Program-made: the position numbers and the translations under genes
Shown: piece by piece, positions 18,917 through 29,424 of the stretch
Numbering within the stretch: position 1 is the stretch's first letter
How the letters are laid out: each line of letters starts with the position of its first letter
The notes under the pieces: model-generated
The model's input: the letters and a program-made list of their open reading frames with translations, nothing else
What the model was told of the DNA's origin: nothing
Database searches by the model: none
Source: Escherichia phage N2
Sequence record: ON645936.1
DNA length: 64,000 nt
Strand: one strand, 5' to 3'

Positions 18917-19058
18917 TGAAAGCTTTAACTAATGCTTTATTAACTTCAGCATATTGAGTAGTAGCCCATTGAACGTCATCTTTCATCATTGTGATTTCTT
19001 TAGTAAACATGCTTTCATTCTTAAACCACCCCATAAAAACTACCTTTACCAATTCCAT
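18876..19058 (-). CDS. dmd: Dmd-like small protein (candidate antitoxin)
   Basis: 60 aa immediately upstream of gene 41, as T4 dmd; own promoter. Confidence 0.5.
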   Translation of the reverse strand: MELVKVVFMGWFKNESMFTKEITMMKDDVQWATTQYAEVNKALVKAFIDDKKVCEVDCRG

Positions 19059-19087
19059 AACAATCTCCCCATTTAACCAACAAGACT

Positions 19088-19117
19088 ACTATACCATAGT
19101 CTTGTCAGCTTGTAAAC
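19088..19117 (-). promoter_or_regulatory. sigma70-type early promoter upstream of dmd-like gene
   Basis: minus strand GTTTACA-N17-TGgTATAGT; overlaps gene 41 stop. Confidence 0.5.
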
Positions 19118-20544
19118 TAAAATTTTAATTCATTTGCCAAAGCATCTAACTGAGCTCGAGTCGATTCGTTTCTTTGATAGCGATTCTGTTCAGCCTGAAT
19201 CTGTTGTGAACCTGCTACCTCACTCACTTCAGTTGGAGTAGAATCTTGTTCAATTTCTACCCATTTCTGATTTCCTTTTTGAACACCCATCAAAAACTTA
19301 TTCCACTTATTCTTATCACCATATCGTGATTTGATTTGCTTAATGAGTTGTTGTTCAGCAGCTGCTAGCTCCTCGGTTTCAATGACCGCAAGCATAAAAT
19401 CAGCTGTTGCTGGAAGACCAGCAGATTCTGCGATATCACTCATGTTAACATCAGAAGAGTCCCAAGCTTGTTTACCAACCTGTGCTGCAGTCCAAAGAAC
19501 AGTTTCGGTTTCAACAGCCAGAGCACGCAATTCCTCTGCGATAGCTTTAACAGTTGTGTAACTATTTTCTGAATAAACTCTAATGCGGCAAGATTTACAA
19601 ATACCTAGATAGTCGACAATAATGATTGTTGGAACAAAATTCTTCTTGAGCTTCAATTCGTTTAAAAGTGATCGAAATGTATTAGCGTCTGCTCCACCAG
19701 TAGGATATTGCTTAACGATTAAACGACCAAGGGTAGATTTCTCACGCCATTTTTCCATTTTTCCTTTATATTCAGCGTAAGAAATATGTCCATCATCAAT
19801 ATCGTCAAGAGAAACATCGAGCATGTTAGCATCAATACGTTTAGCACAGACTTCTTCTGCCATTTCCATGGAGATATAAAGAACGTTATGACCAAGCTGC
19901 AAATAATCTGCTGCTAATGAACAAAGTCCTAATGATTTACCAACGTTAACGCCAGCCATTAAAACGTTCAGTGTTCCAGTCTCAGCTCCGCCTTTAGTAA
20001 TTTTGTTTAGAATTCTGAGTTTAAATGGAACCTTACGAGCTTTATTCATATAAGATAGCCAACGCGCTTCATAGTCATCCATCCAATCATGACCAACGTA
20101 GCTATCAAATGAAATTGATAATGCTTGGCGCATGATGTCAGGAATAGCACCTACATCTGGCATTTTCTTATTTCGTTTTTCCGGAGGAAGCTCAGCATTA
20201 GTTTGAATTTCGATTATTTTAGACGTAGCATTAAACATCGCCCTTTGCTGAACATATTTTTCTGTTTCTTTTACTAACCAGCTGTGGTCTTCCGGAGAAT
20301 CAGCCAGTTTTGAAATAAGTGTTTTTACACCAGAATATTCTGTTTCAGTAAATGAACTATTTTCTAATGCAACATTTAACGCATTAATAGATGGAACGCT
20401 ATGATACTCATTGACATGAGATTTAATTAATTTGAATGTATTTTTAGCTGGACCACTTTCAAAATATTCTGAATCCATATATGGCCAAACTTTTGAAAAA
20501 TAAGCTTGATCAAATATGAGATGAGAAAGAATAATTTCTACCAC
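19117..20544 (-). CDS. 41: replicative DNA helicase (DnaB-like)
   Basis: 475 aa; Walker A GVNVGKS. Confidence 0.9.
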   Translation of the reverse strand: MVEIILSHLIFDQAYFSKVWPYMDSEYFESGPAKNTFKLIKSHVNEYHSVPSINALNVALENSSFTETEYSGVKTLISKLADSPEDHSWLVKETEKYVQQRAMFNATSKIIEIQTNAELPPEKRNKKMPDVGAIPDIMRQALSISFDSYVGHDWMDDYEARWLSYMNKARKVPFKLRILNKITKGGAETGTLNVLMAGVNVGKSLGLCSLAADYLQLGHNVLYISMEMAEEVCAKRIDANMLDVSLDDIDDGHISYAEYKGKMEKWREKSTLGRLIVKQYPTGGADANTFRSLLNELKLKKNFVPTIIIVDYLGICKSCRIRVYSENSYTTVKAIAEELRALAVETETVLWTAAQVGKQAWDSSDVNMSDIAESAGLPATADFMLAVIETEELAAAEQQLIKQIKSRYGDKNKWNKFLMGVQKGNQKWVEIEQDSTPTEVSEVAGSQQIQAEQNRYQRNESTRAQLDALANELKF

Positions 20545-20553
20545 ACTTACTCC

Positions 20554-20916
20554 TTAAAAGAATTTAAATTTTTTCTTTGACCTTTTATTAAATGCATCTT
20601 GTAGTTGCATTGTAATACATTTTTCTACATGAGGAGCTAACTCAGCTTTTCTTTCTTGGTCAAGAACAGCAAAGTCCATTACAACCTTTCCATCAACCCA
20701 ATCCAGTTTAGTTACATACACTATATGTGTAGAACCATCTTCTAGTTTAATGACAATCTCCTGGATAACATTTTCCATGGCAGATTTAATTATCTTAAGA
20801 GATTCATTAAAAAGACGTTCTTTTCTTTCTTCTTCCCCCTCCGAAGAGGGGGATTCATCGATAATTTCTAGATCTAAATCTAAATCATCTTTATTCATTA
20901 AATTCTTCCATATCAC
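20554..20916 (-). CDS. 40: gp40-like protein
   Basis: 120 aa between 41 and uvsX. Confidence 0.5.
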   Translation of the reverse strand: MIWKNLMNKDDLDLDLEIIDESPSSEGEEERKERLFNESLKIIKSAMENVIQEIVIKLEDGSTHIVYVTKLDWVDGKVVMDFAVLDQERKAELAPHVEKCITMQLQDAFNKRSKKKFKFF

Positions 20917-22072
20917 TTAACTGATCTAGGTCAGTTTCTAAATCAGCTGCTGATTTGTTTTTACTTTCTGGAGATTTAAATTTTTCAACCTTTGAGTTAA
21001 TCAATTCATCAACTTCAGCTTCAACAATTTCATTACTATCAATAGCACCTAACTGATAAGCACGTTTAATAGCATCTCGGAATGGCTGATGCTTAAATAA
21101 AGGACCCCAGAATGTAGTGCAGTTGGTATCTTTTGCACGCCAAGATTTTTCTTCGCGAATCATCTCGCCTGTTTCTTCGTCAAGAAATTCACGAGCATAC
21201 CAGCCATTTTTAGGTTTTACTACAAATCCTAATTCAAGAGCCATATCTAACAATCCAGAATAAGGATCGATACCACCGTCAAATTTAACATCAATAAAGA
21301 ATTTACTTTTTTCTTTAACAGTACGAGATTTTTCTACATTTAGAACAAATTGATACCCCTGAAGATCAGAACCATCTTTAATCTGGCGCTTACCGATAAT
21401 GAATACAGTATCAGCCGAATACATTACGCCTGTACCACCTGTCATCACGGTTTTACTAAACATTTCAATTGTTTCAATTGTATGGTTAACCGCAACACAT
21501 GGAATATTTTTAATGCTAAAATAAGGAGTAACAATACGGAATAATGACTTCAGTGATTTAGCACGAGTCATATCTGCCACAGATTTTTCATTCAAGGCAT
21601 CTTCCGTTTCTTTCTTAGAAGCCATATTACCGATTGAGTCGATGAATACAATAACTTTTTCACCGCGCTCAATAGCTTCAAGCTGATTCACCATATCAAT
21701 TTTCAGCTGTTCAACTGACTGGATTGGCGTATGAATTACTCGTTCCGGGTCAACCCCCATGGATCGCAAATAAGCTGGAGTAATACCAAATTCACTATCA
21801 TAGAATAGACAAACCGCGTCAGGATATTTGTTCAAATATGCCGCAACCATAGTCAAAGACATATTTGATTTAAAGTGTTTAGAAGGCCCTGCGAAAATAG
21901 TTAAACCAGACTGCATACCGCCATCAATCGCACCAGAAATAGCAATATTGAGCATTGGAATTTTTGTACGGATTACATCCTTTTCATTAAAGAATTTAGA
22001 TGTAGTCAGTTCAGCAGTCATTTTAGAAGTGGAAGCTTTAATCAAACGGGATTTTAAATCTGCAATAGACAT
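20891..22072 (-). CDS. uvsX: RecA-like recombinase UvsX
   Basis: 393 aa; RecA core GPSKHFKSN. Confidence 0.9.
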   Translation of the reverse strand: MSIADLKSRLIKASTSKMTAELTTSKFFNEKDVIRTKIPMLNIAISGAIDGGMQSGLTIFAGPSKHFKSNMSLTMVAAYLNKYPDAVCLFYDSEFGITPAYLRSMGVDPERVIHTPIQSVEQLKIDMVNQLEAIERGEKVIVFIDSIGNMASKKETEDALNEKSVADMTRAKSLKSLFRIVTPYFSIKNIPCVAVNHTIETIEMFSKTVMTGGTGVMYSADTVFIIGKRQIKDGSDLQGYQFVLNVEKSRTVKEKSKFFIDVKFDGGIDPYSGLLDMALELGFVVKPKNGWYAREFLDEETGEMIREEKSWRAKDTNCTTFWGPLFKHQPFRDAIKRAYQLGAIDSNEIVEAEVDELINSKVEKFKSPESKNKSAADLETDLDQLSDMEEFNE

Positions 22073-22149
22073 TCATTTTTTCCATAGGCATCATTATATT
22101 TTCCTCACTGGTTAAAGATAGAGTAATTATAACACAATAAATTTAGGCA

Positions 22150-22998
22150 TTAATCAACCGCTATTGGATGAATAGCATTAAACTTATGAAACGCTTCTGA
22201 TTTTTCTTTGCGCGAAACACACATGCGAAAAACCTTTAATGGCTCGTCTTCTTCACCCAACGATTTTCGTTTTTCAATATTAGAAGTTTTCCAACGAGCT
22301 TGCTCTGGAAACTCTTTATTGATTTGCTCAAGAGCTCTATTATGTTTTGAATTACTACGAATTGAGCTGCATCCACCGGGAGCCTGCGCTTTTCCAGATA
22401 CAACCAAATATTTGAACAAGGCCAAATGCGGATAACCTTGATTAATTAAATTGAGAAATGCATACATATCTTCGCATAAATCAATTTTTCCATACCCAAT
22501 TTGTTCTGTTGTAAGTTTTCCAAGGTCATACCATGTATTCGTGAATCCATATGAATTTTCACGATAATTACCCCAAGATGAAGTAATTTTAAAAATAGGT
22601 AGACGAGCATGGCCATGATAATACCCGCAATCCATGGCATCTTCAACGTATTGAATCAATTCATAGAACTGTTCACGAGTTAATTGATTAATTTTATCTA
22701 CGCAGCGACGATCATCTTTCTTTCGCATTGAACTCATACGAATAGTAGTATCATCATCAATCATCCAAATTCGCTGACCTGCATACATATCAGTAATTGC
22801 TTTACGAGTACCAGCAATTCCATTAACATCATCAGGAATAGTTATAATTTTAGCTCTAGACCCGTAAGCGTCATAATAAGCTTTTTCTTCATGTTCACGT
22901 ACTACAATATGAGGTTCATAATCAGTCGGAAACATATCAAGGGCAGAAACTGCCCCTACGCGTTGATAGCTTGGAATTACGAATTGAATCATTTCCAC
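22150..22998 (-). CDS. putative DNA glycosyltransferase (DxD-type)
   Basis: 282 aa with IWMIDDDTT motif; sits where T4 has beta-gt but translation does not resemble T4 beta-gt as recalled. Confidence 0.5.
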   Translation of the reverse strand: MEMIQFVIPSYQRVGAVSALDMFPTDYEPHIVVREHEEKAYYDAYGSRAKIITIPDDVNGIAGTRKAITDMYAGQRIWMIDDDTTIRMSSMRKKDDRRCVDKINQLTREQFYELIQYVEDAMDCGYYHGHARLPIFKITSSWGNYRENSYGFTNTWYDLGKLTTEQIGYGKIDLCEDMYAFLNLINQGYPHLALFKYLVVSGKAQAPGGCSSIRSNSKHNRALEQINKEFPEQARWKTSNIEKRKSLGEEDEPLKVFRMCVSRKEKSEAFHKFNAIHPIAVD

Positions 22999-23729
22999 TC
23001 ACCATTATAATCTTTTTTCGCAATATGAGTTTCGCCAGTTTTCCACCAATGGTCAACCAAATAAAAATGACGGGAATACACATGAAGGCTTCCGACATTC
23101 CATATAATGGAACCTGCTTTATACTGACGAGTTGAATCGCCTGCATTCAAATCAGATACTAATTTATCTAATACGTATTTTTGCCATGCATAATCATTAC
23201 GGAATCCGAAGACCACGTCATTTGAGCGCATGCTTACTACTGCATTGACTTTCTTATCACGAATCAGGTACTGTACTGTATTAGTACACATGAAATCTGA
23301 CATGCCATCTTTATTGTAGTCAAACTGCATAGATGGACGAGTATAAATCATGATACCACGTCGAGAATCAGGATTTTGACCAAGTTCAGCTAAACACATG
23401 TCATATTGAGCATAGTTATCTTCTGACCAGATAGCCCAACCATAATTCGAGTTAATTTCACCTTTAGAAGATGCTACCTGTTGCCAAATCTTTGGTGTTT
23501 CACCTGGAATATCTTTAACAAACAGACTTTGAGACTTGTACCATTCAAGTTCACGCTGAATGTATTCATCATTAAGAGCGCCAAAAATAAACGGTTCATC
23601 TGCTACAAATGATGCGCCAATAATTTCAATAGTTTTAACACCAGTTTTATCAACTACGAAATCTTTTTCCTTTAATGCAGTTCCCAAATGAAGACGGATT
23701 TCTTCAACTGTCATAGAGTCACTAATCAT
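22989..23729 (-). CDS. 42: dCMP hydroxymethylase
   Basis: 246 aa, thymidylate-synthase-like; position. Confidence 0.85.
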   Translation of the reverse strand: MISDSMTVEEIRLHLGTALKEKDFVVDKTGVKTIEIIGASFVADEPFIFGALNDEYIQRELEWYKSQSLFVKDIPGETPKIWQQVASSKGEINSNYGWAIWSEDNYAQYDMCLAELGQNPDSRRGIMIYTRPSMQFDYNKDGMSDFMCTNTVQYLIRDKKVNAVVSMRSNDVVFGFRNDYAWQKYVLDKLVSDLNAGDSTRQYKAGSIIWNVGSLHVYSRHFYLVDHWWKTGETHIAKKDYNGEWK

Positions 23730-23882
23730 TTAAACCTCAATTGATACATTCATATTTAACTTGTAACAGTAATAAACCCCAACCTAAAATAATAGTTGGA
23801 ATCATAAGAGGAACCGTTACACTATAGTATATACTTATTATAATCATCAAGATTAAAAGCAATGCTGATATAATTTTGCTTT

Positions 23883-24134
23883 TCATTCCTTCTCTCTGAT
23901 GATAATTACCTGATTTGGCTGCGCAGACTTTTTAGTTTCACCTGCAATTGACCAAATAAATGTAATAAACCAACCAATAATTGACCAGTTAAACAGTAAA
24001 GATGTGAAAAAGATTCCTACTGTCGATTTTGACCCACGCATCAAGGCGATAAACCATGGAAGCATGTATATAATAATAGCCAACACGCCTGAAACTAAAA
24101 CCACAAAAATTGAACCTGCTACTAAAGTTTCCAT
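23883..24134 (-). CDS. imm: immunity protein Imm (membrane)
   Basis: 83 aa, two hydrophobic helices. Confidence 0.75.
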   Translation of the reverse strand: METLVAGSIFVVLVSGVLAIIIYMLPWFIALMRGSKSTVGIFFTSLLFNWSIIGWFITFIWSIAGETKKSAQPNQVIIIREKE

Positions 24135-24141
24135 GTTTTCC

Positions 24142-24522
24142 TCACTTAGTCAAATTTTTTACGCATGAATTATAAGAATTTACTACATACTCCATCGGAG
24201 CATTTTTACCGGTACGCCATTGGTAATTATTAGCCCAATTTGCCCAAAGTTCAGCACAGTAGTTTTCAATTTTTTCTTCACGTGTAATCACATCTGAATT
24301 ACGATATGCTTGGGCAGATTCATCTGGACGAATAGCTTCGTCAAAATTCGCCTGCATTTGTTCTACTGTCTGTTTTGGAGCCTCTTTATAACACTTAACA
24401 TTAGGATTATAAAATTTGCTTGAACAGTTTACAATTTTTCCTACATCAGACTGATTTACTACTGGTCCTTGAGCTACACAACCAGTAAGACCCAATGCAA
24501 TAACCAAAATAGCGATTTTCAT
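24142..24522 (-). CDS. lipoprotein
   Basis: start reassigned to MKIAILVIALGLTGC (lipobox); promoter 24557..24586. Confidence 0.5.
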   Translation of the reverse strand: MKIAILVIALGLTGCVAQGPVVNQSDVGKIVNCSSKFYNPNVKCYKEAPKQTVEQMQANFDEAIRPDESAQAYRNSDVITREEKIENYCAELWANWANNYQWRTGKNAPMEYVVNSYNSCVKNLTK

Positions 24523-24556
24523 TTCATTCTCCAAATCCGTATCAGTTGATAGTTAT

Positions 24557-24586
24557 ATAGTACCATAAAGGAACCGGGATGTAAAC
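24557..24586 (-). promoter_or_regulatory. sigma70-type early promoter with conserved leader
   Basis: minus strand GTTTACA-N17-TGgTACTAT. Confidence 0.5.
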
Positions 24587-24668
24587 CATTTTGTGAAAAA
24601 ATTTTTAATGAATTCAAAGGGCCCAGAATCATCTATTTTTCCTAAGTATAGATTTATATTACTTGTAT

Positions 24669-24690
24669 GAAAAAGGGACCCGGAGGTCCC
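24669..24690 (-). terminator. intrinsic terminator after gene 43
   Basis: GGGACC-UCCG-GGUCCC then UUUUUC on minus RNA. Confidence 0.55.
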
Positions 24691-24703
24691 TAGATTTATT
24701 CTA

Positions 24704-27400
24704 TCAGCCAAACAGGAAGTCTAACGAAGCTTTTTCCTCATAGTCCATACCTGCCGATTCACACATGCCCGCAAGCGGTTTAACAAACGATTTTTGGAAC
24801 AAAGTTGAGTAGTCAATCCAAGACAGTACATCAGAACGAATTTCTTTTGGAAGTTCCGTACCCGACGGCCAAGCAATGCACTTATCACCAAATGGATTTC
24901 CTTCACGTAATGGAAGAACCATTACCTTATTTCCATCCAAAATTGGAGCTACACCTAAACCATTAACAGCTCGACGATAAGTTAGCACCCCACGAATGTG
25001 GAACGGGCATTTAAATCCTGGCCAACCTTTATCATCATATTTCGCTATATCGTTCGCAGTTTTTACTTCAGCAATAACTTTATAGTCAAGTTGACGATAT
25101 TCTTTCTCAAAGTTCTTGTAGTATTCTTGGACAGACTCTTCACCTTCCTGAAGAATACGACGAATACTTTCTTCGAGAGCTTCTTGTACTGCTTTTGGTG
25201 TTGAACTCTGCTGAGTTTCCATACCCATGATTTTTAGATGTGGTTCAGCAAATCGTTTATCTTCCATATCATAAACGTTCAGAGCATAACGCTTTTTCGC
25301 TTTCCAAAATCCACCAACACCCTTTGAACCAAGTGGAGGGCAAGAAATAGCTTCACGGTCCATATGCATCAGATGCTCGCGGTTATTCATATAATCACAT
25401 AACTCACGATATGCAACATCAATCATAGGTTCCATCTTTTTCTTACCAAACTGATTCATGAATTCAACTAAATCGTTCTGCTCTTTGAATCGGTCAAGAC
25501 CAACTTTTTCAACAACTTTATCTACGCAAACATATACCGAATCAGTATCACCTGCTGCGATGAAATCTTCACCATTAGTTCCGCATACTTTATTCAGATA
25601 TTCATTAATTTTACGAGCAATCCACTGAATACCAACTTGGCCGAAAATTGTGATAGCAGTAGCATTTCGCAAATCATAGTAACGGAAATGAATATTACCA
25701 AGAGCACCATAAAGACTGTTAATAAGAATTTTACGGTTCAGTTGATTTGTGTTAGCAAGTGTAGCCGCTTTTTCACATTCTTCAATCAGACTATTGAGAA
25801 CGGATTCGGTGTAATTCGATAGTTCATTTAAGAAATCATCATTGAACTTAACATATCGTTCAACTTCTGGTTTAGTTGAACAAGACCCTGCGCCTTTCAT
25901 AATAATCTTTTTAATAGCTTCGGCATTCATTTCTTCAGCGAACATTTTCTTTTTCCAATCTTTACGCTGGAAAAATACTTTAGCGATTTCCTTTGGAATG
26001 ATACCTTCTTGATGCTTATCATACATCCATCCATTCGGAGAGCAAGAATATTCATCACTCGGTTTAGGAGCTGTTCCTGCAATATATTCATGAATTGGAT
26101 GAACTTTAAACTGCCCACGAATAGTCTCAGGACTAATGTTAACCTGACGAATAATGCTAGGATACAGAGACGTCAAGTCAAAACTCATAATATATCGACG
26201 AGCAATTGGTTTAGGTTCAAACACAAATGCACCCGGAAAACTCTGTTTAACGTGCGAACCCTGTTGAGGAATAACCTTATGTTCACCTTTCAATGAGTTA
26301 AAAATAATAGCATCCCAAGTTTTAATAGGACTCATTACACCAGAAAAAGGCATTTTAGCGTAATAAGACATACTTAAAACTAGATCGATAAACCCGCGAA
26401 TTTTATCAATTGCTTGAACTGATTCTACGTCAATGATGTTATAACTAATGTATCGTTGATGATTAGTCTCACGAAGTTTATTAATAGGACCGTCGTATGG
26501 TAATTTACCTTTTTTGGTTTCATGTTGAGCAACTGATTCCAAAGAGAATGACGGCAAATTAGTAAATGCGAATTTCTTGTACAAATCTAAATAATCAAGA
26601 ATAGATACGCCATCAATAGAATAAATTTCTTTGCTACCGTACACATTTTGAATTAGTTTAGATTTTACCCGACCGATTGGAGAGAAACGTTTCATACTAC
26701 GTTCACCGAGAACCATTTTAACGCGATTCATGATATATGGAACGTCAAACCCCTCAATATTCCAACCAGTAAAAATAGCAGGTCGTTTCTGTTCCCAGAG
26801 ATTGATATATTCCATGAGCATATCACGCTCATTATCGAATGGCATATAAATTACTCGGTCAAGAATTTCTTGAGGAACTTCATCACCACCTTCACAGTCA
26901 AGCTTAGCAGCTAACTTTGCATCCCATTTTGATACTGAACCGTACATTGAATTCAAAAGGTCGAAAACATAAAAACGATCGTCAATTGAATCGTAATGAG
27001 TGATAGCATCAATTTCATATTCTGCTTTCATTGGGTCAGGAAATTTATCACCAGTAACCTCAATGTCACAGTTAGCTATACGAACAAATTTTCGGTCATA
27101 AACAATTTCTGAACCATATGTATCACTGATATAAGCGAGTTTAAAATCGTTCATACCGAGAGCTTCGAGACCGATGTCTTCCATTCGTTTCATCCAATCT
27201 CGGGCATCTTTCATTGATGGAAATTTTTGAGGAGCGCAGTTTTTACCGTAAATGTCTTTGTACTTTGACTCTTCCTTACAATGCCTAAACATAGTCGGAA
27301 GATATTCTACTTCACGAGTACGTTCCTTTCCGTTTTCATCAATATAACGTTCAACAATGTTATTTCCGACTGTTTCAATAGAGATATAAAATTCTTTCAT
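24704..27400 (-). CDS. 43: family B DNA polymerase
   Basis: 898 aa; exonuclease and polB motifs incl. AAGDTDS. Confidence 0.95.
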   Translation of the reverse strand: MKEFYISIETVGNNIVERYIDENGKERTREVEYLPTMFRHCKEESKYKDIYGKNCAPQKFPSMKDARDWMKRMEDIGLEALGMNDFKLAYISDTYGSEIVYDRKFVRIANCDIEVTGDKFPDPMKAEYEIDAITHYDSIDDRFYVFDLLNSMYGSVSKWDAKLAAKLDCEGGDEVPQEILDRVIYMPFDNERDMLMEYINLWEQKRPAIFTGWNIEGFDVPYIMNRVKMVLGERSMKRFSPIGRVKSKLIQNVYGSKEIYSIDGVSILDYLDLYKKFAFTNLPSFSLESVAQHETKKGKLPYDGPINKLRETNHQRYISYNIIDVESVQAIDKIRGFIDLVLSMSYYAKMPFSGVMSPIKTWDAIIFNSLKGEHKVIPQQGSHVKQSFPGAFVFEPKPIARRYIMSFDLTSLYPSIIRQVNISPETIRGQFKVHPIHEYIAGTAPKPSDEYSCSPNGWMYDKHQEGIIPKEIAKVFFQRKDWKKKMFAEEMNAEAIKKIIMKGAGSCSTKPEVERYVKFNDDFLNELSNYTESVLNSLIEECEKAATLANTNQLNRKILINSLYGALGNIHFRYYDLRNATAITIFGQVGIQWIARKINEYLNKVCGTNGEDFIAAGDTDSVYVCVDKVVEKVGLDRFKEQNDLVEFMNQFGKKKMEPMIDVAYRELCDYMNNREHLMHMDREAISCPPLGSKGVGGFWKAKKRYALNVYDMEDKRFAEPHLKIMGMETQQSSTPKAVQEALEESIRRILQEGEESVQEYYKNFEKEYRQLDYKVIAEVKTANDIAKYDDKGWPGFKCPFHIRGVLTYRRAVNGLGVAPILDGNKVMVLPLREGNPFGDKCIAWPSGTELPKEIRSDVLSWIDYSTLFQKSFVKPLAGMCESAGMDYEEKASLDFLFG

Positions 27401-27458
27401 AGATATTCCTTAGTTTATAGCCCGAGTTATTAGGCTCTTGATATATTATACTCCAATT

Positions 27459-27476
27459 AAGGGGCCGAAGCCCCTT
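27459..27476 (-). terminator. UUCG tetraloop hairpin between regA and gene 43
   Basis: GGGGC-UUCG-GCCCC on minus RNA, overlapping regA stop. Confidence 0.4.
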
Positions 27477-27478
27477 GC

Positions 27479-27847
27479 TTAATTACCAATCGTATATTTA
27501 GGAACGAGTTTCCATTCATGTTTTTGTTTAAAAGAAATAACTCGGAAGTTATTAGTTAAATCTTTCATAAAAGTTCTTTGACCAGGAACGATTTCAATTA
27601 GTCCCCAATCTTCTAATAGCCATGCGATTGAACCACGACGAACTTCATCTTCTTCTGTCATTTCAACCTGGCGACCATCCATACGAAGCATTTCTTTAAA
27701 ATGAACGATATAGTATAGTCCTTTTTTCTGAAGAATATGACAGGACTGATACAGAACTTTATCTTTATTATTAGCAATTCCCATACGAGTCAAAGTTTCT
27801 TTTACTTTCAGAAAATCTTCAGGTTTTTTAAGAGTAATTTCAATCAT
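27479..27847 (-). CDS. regA: translational repressor RegA
   Basis: 122 aa; position between 62 and 43. Confidence 0.8.
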   Translation of the reverse strand: MIEITLKKPEDFLKVKETLTRMGIANNKDKVLYQSCHILQKKGLYYIVHFKEMLRMDGRQVEMTEEDEVRRGSIAWLLEDWGLIEIVPGQRTFMKDLTNNFRVISFKQKHEWKLVPKYTIGN

Positions 27848-27848
27848 T

Positions 27849-28412
27849 TTACCATTCCAATGCTAGTTTTTTGAGTTGTTTCTGTTCTTTTACGTTCTTA
27901 GTCACTTCTTTCAAAAAATCATCCGTGACTAAACCTTTTAGTTCTTTTAATACTAAAGGAAGTTTTCCATTTTTAGTAAGAATTGATTTATAGTTAATTG
28001 CATCATTTGTATTAACTTGATACCGCTTAGCAAGTAACTTAATAATCAATACTTCGGTAGAATCTTCAACCAGTTTTGCCCATTTACCATATCTTTTACC
28101 CCGAGGAACAGCAGCCATCAGATAATTAAAATGGGCTTCATCACTTAAACCTGATCCAATTAAATTCATAGCATATACAGCTGGCATGCACTCTGGAAAT
28201 TGTGATAATGCATTCTCAACCATGTATTTTGAATAATCTTTTTGAGCAATAGAGCATTTAGTTTTATTATTAATAGCTCCAATTATTTCAAAAAACTCAT
28301 TTTCAGCTTTTTCTTTAAAAGAATCAGCAGCGGATTGGACAGCTGTCCAATCTTTAGAATACCAAGCAACTTGATGCTCGTTTAATTGAATATCATCTTC
28401 AAATAAGCTCAT
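27849..28412 (-). CDS. 62: clamp loader small subunit
   Basis: 187 aa from ATG at 28412 (track ORF starts at GTG). Confidence 0.85.
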   Translation of the reverse strand: MSLFEDDIQLNEHQVAWYSKDWTAVQSAADSFKEKAENEFFEIIGAINNKTKCSIAQKDYSKYMVENALSQFPECMPAVYAMNLIGSGLSDEAHFNYLMAAVPRGKRYGKWAKLVEDSTEVLIIKLLAKRYQVNTNDAINYKSILTKNGKLPLVLKELKGLVTDDFLKEVTKNVKEQKQLKKLALEW

Positions 28413-28413
28413 A

Positions 28414-29373
28414 TCACTTCCACTGCATTTCACATGCCAATTGAATGAAAAGATATGCTAAATGTAATTCAGTATTAGCCGCAATTCCATGATACTGGTT
28501 ATTTTCACCAACAATTTCATACATACGAATAATACTTTGCGGAGTTACGCGTGTATAGATTTCTTCGGCAAGTTTACCTACGAACCACGAATAATCAGCC
28601 GCATATTTTGGTGCTAAAGCTCTGAGTTGTTTAACATCTTTATTTTTGAGAGACTCAAGAACATCATCAATAGCACCACGATCGTTAGTAACCAGTGATA
28701 AAATACCAGCATCCAAAACACCTTTAGATGAATAACTATCGAGCTCACCAATAGTTTTACGAAAATCAGGAAAATTCTTTTTAACCAAAGCTGCTACAAC
28801 TTTCATATCAGCTATAGCAATTCCTTCATGCTTACAGATTTCAGTCAATCGACGAATCATCTGCTTCATCATTTCAATTTTATCTTCATCGGTCGGTTGA
28901 CCGAACGTAATAACTCGACAGCGTGACTGAAGCGGTTTAATAATACCATCAATATTGTTAGCAGTAATAATAATACTGCAGTTTGAACTATAAGCTTCCA
29001 TAAAGGAACGAAGATGTCGCTGAGACTCTGCTAACCCTGAACGGTCAAATTCATCAATAACGATTACTTTTTGACGACCATCAAATGAAGCTGCACTAGC
29101 AAAATTAGTCAAAGGACCACGAACGAAATCAATTTTACAATCTGACCCATTCACAAACATCATATCAGCATTTACATCATGACACAACGCTTTTGCTACA
29201 GTTGTTTTACCTGTTCCTGGAGAAGGAGAATGAAGAATAATATGTGGAATCTTACCTTTACTCGTAATAGATTTAAAGGTTTCTTTATCAAAGGCAGGAA
29301 GAATACATTCATCGATAGTAGATGGACGATATTTCTGTTCAAGAATGTGTTCTTTTTCATTTACAGTAATCAT
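28414..29373 (-). CDS. 44: clamp loader AAA+ subunit
   Basis: 319 aa from ATG at 29373; Walker A GTGKTT. Confidence 0.9.
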   Translation of the reverse strand: MITVNEKEHILEQKYRPSTIDECILPAFDKETFKSITSKGKIPHIILHSPSPGTGKTTVAKALCHDVNADMMFVNGSDCKIDFVRGPLTNFASAASFDGRQKVIVIDEFDRSGLAESQRHLRSFMEAYSSNCSIIITANNIDGIIKPLQSRCRVITFGQPTDEDKIEMMKQMIRRLTEICKHEGIAIADMKVVAALVKKNFPDFRKTIGELDSYSSKGVLDAGILSLVTNDRGAIDDVLESLKNKDVKQLRALAPKYAADYSWFVGKLAEEIYTRVTPQSIIRMYEIVGENNQYHGIAANTELHLAYLFIQLACEMQWK

Positions 29374-29407
29374 AATTTCCTCATTCAAGTTTTAGTGTAA
29401 ATTATAA

Positions 29408-29421
29408 AGGGCCGAAGCCCT
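29408..29421 (-). terminator. UUCG tetraloop hairpin between 45 and 44
   Basis: GGGC-UUCG-GCCC on minus RNA. Confidence 0.4.
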
Positions 29422-29424
29422 CTA

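Noticed and set aside
27401-27478. Gene 43 translational operator hairpin upstream of the polymerase start
   Set aside because: T4 is reported to have one here, but I could not define a convincing stem beyond the UUCG terminator hairpin, so it is not annotated.
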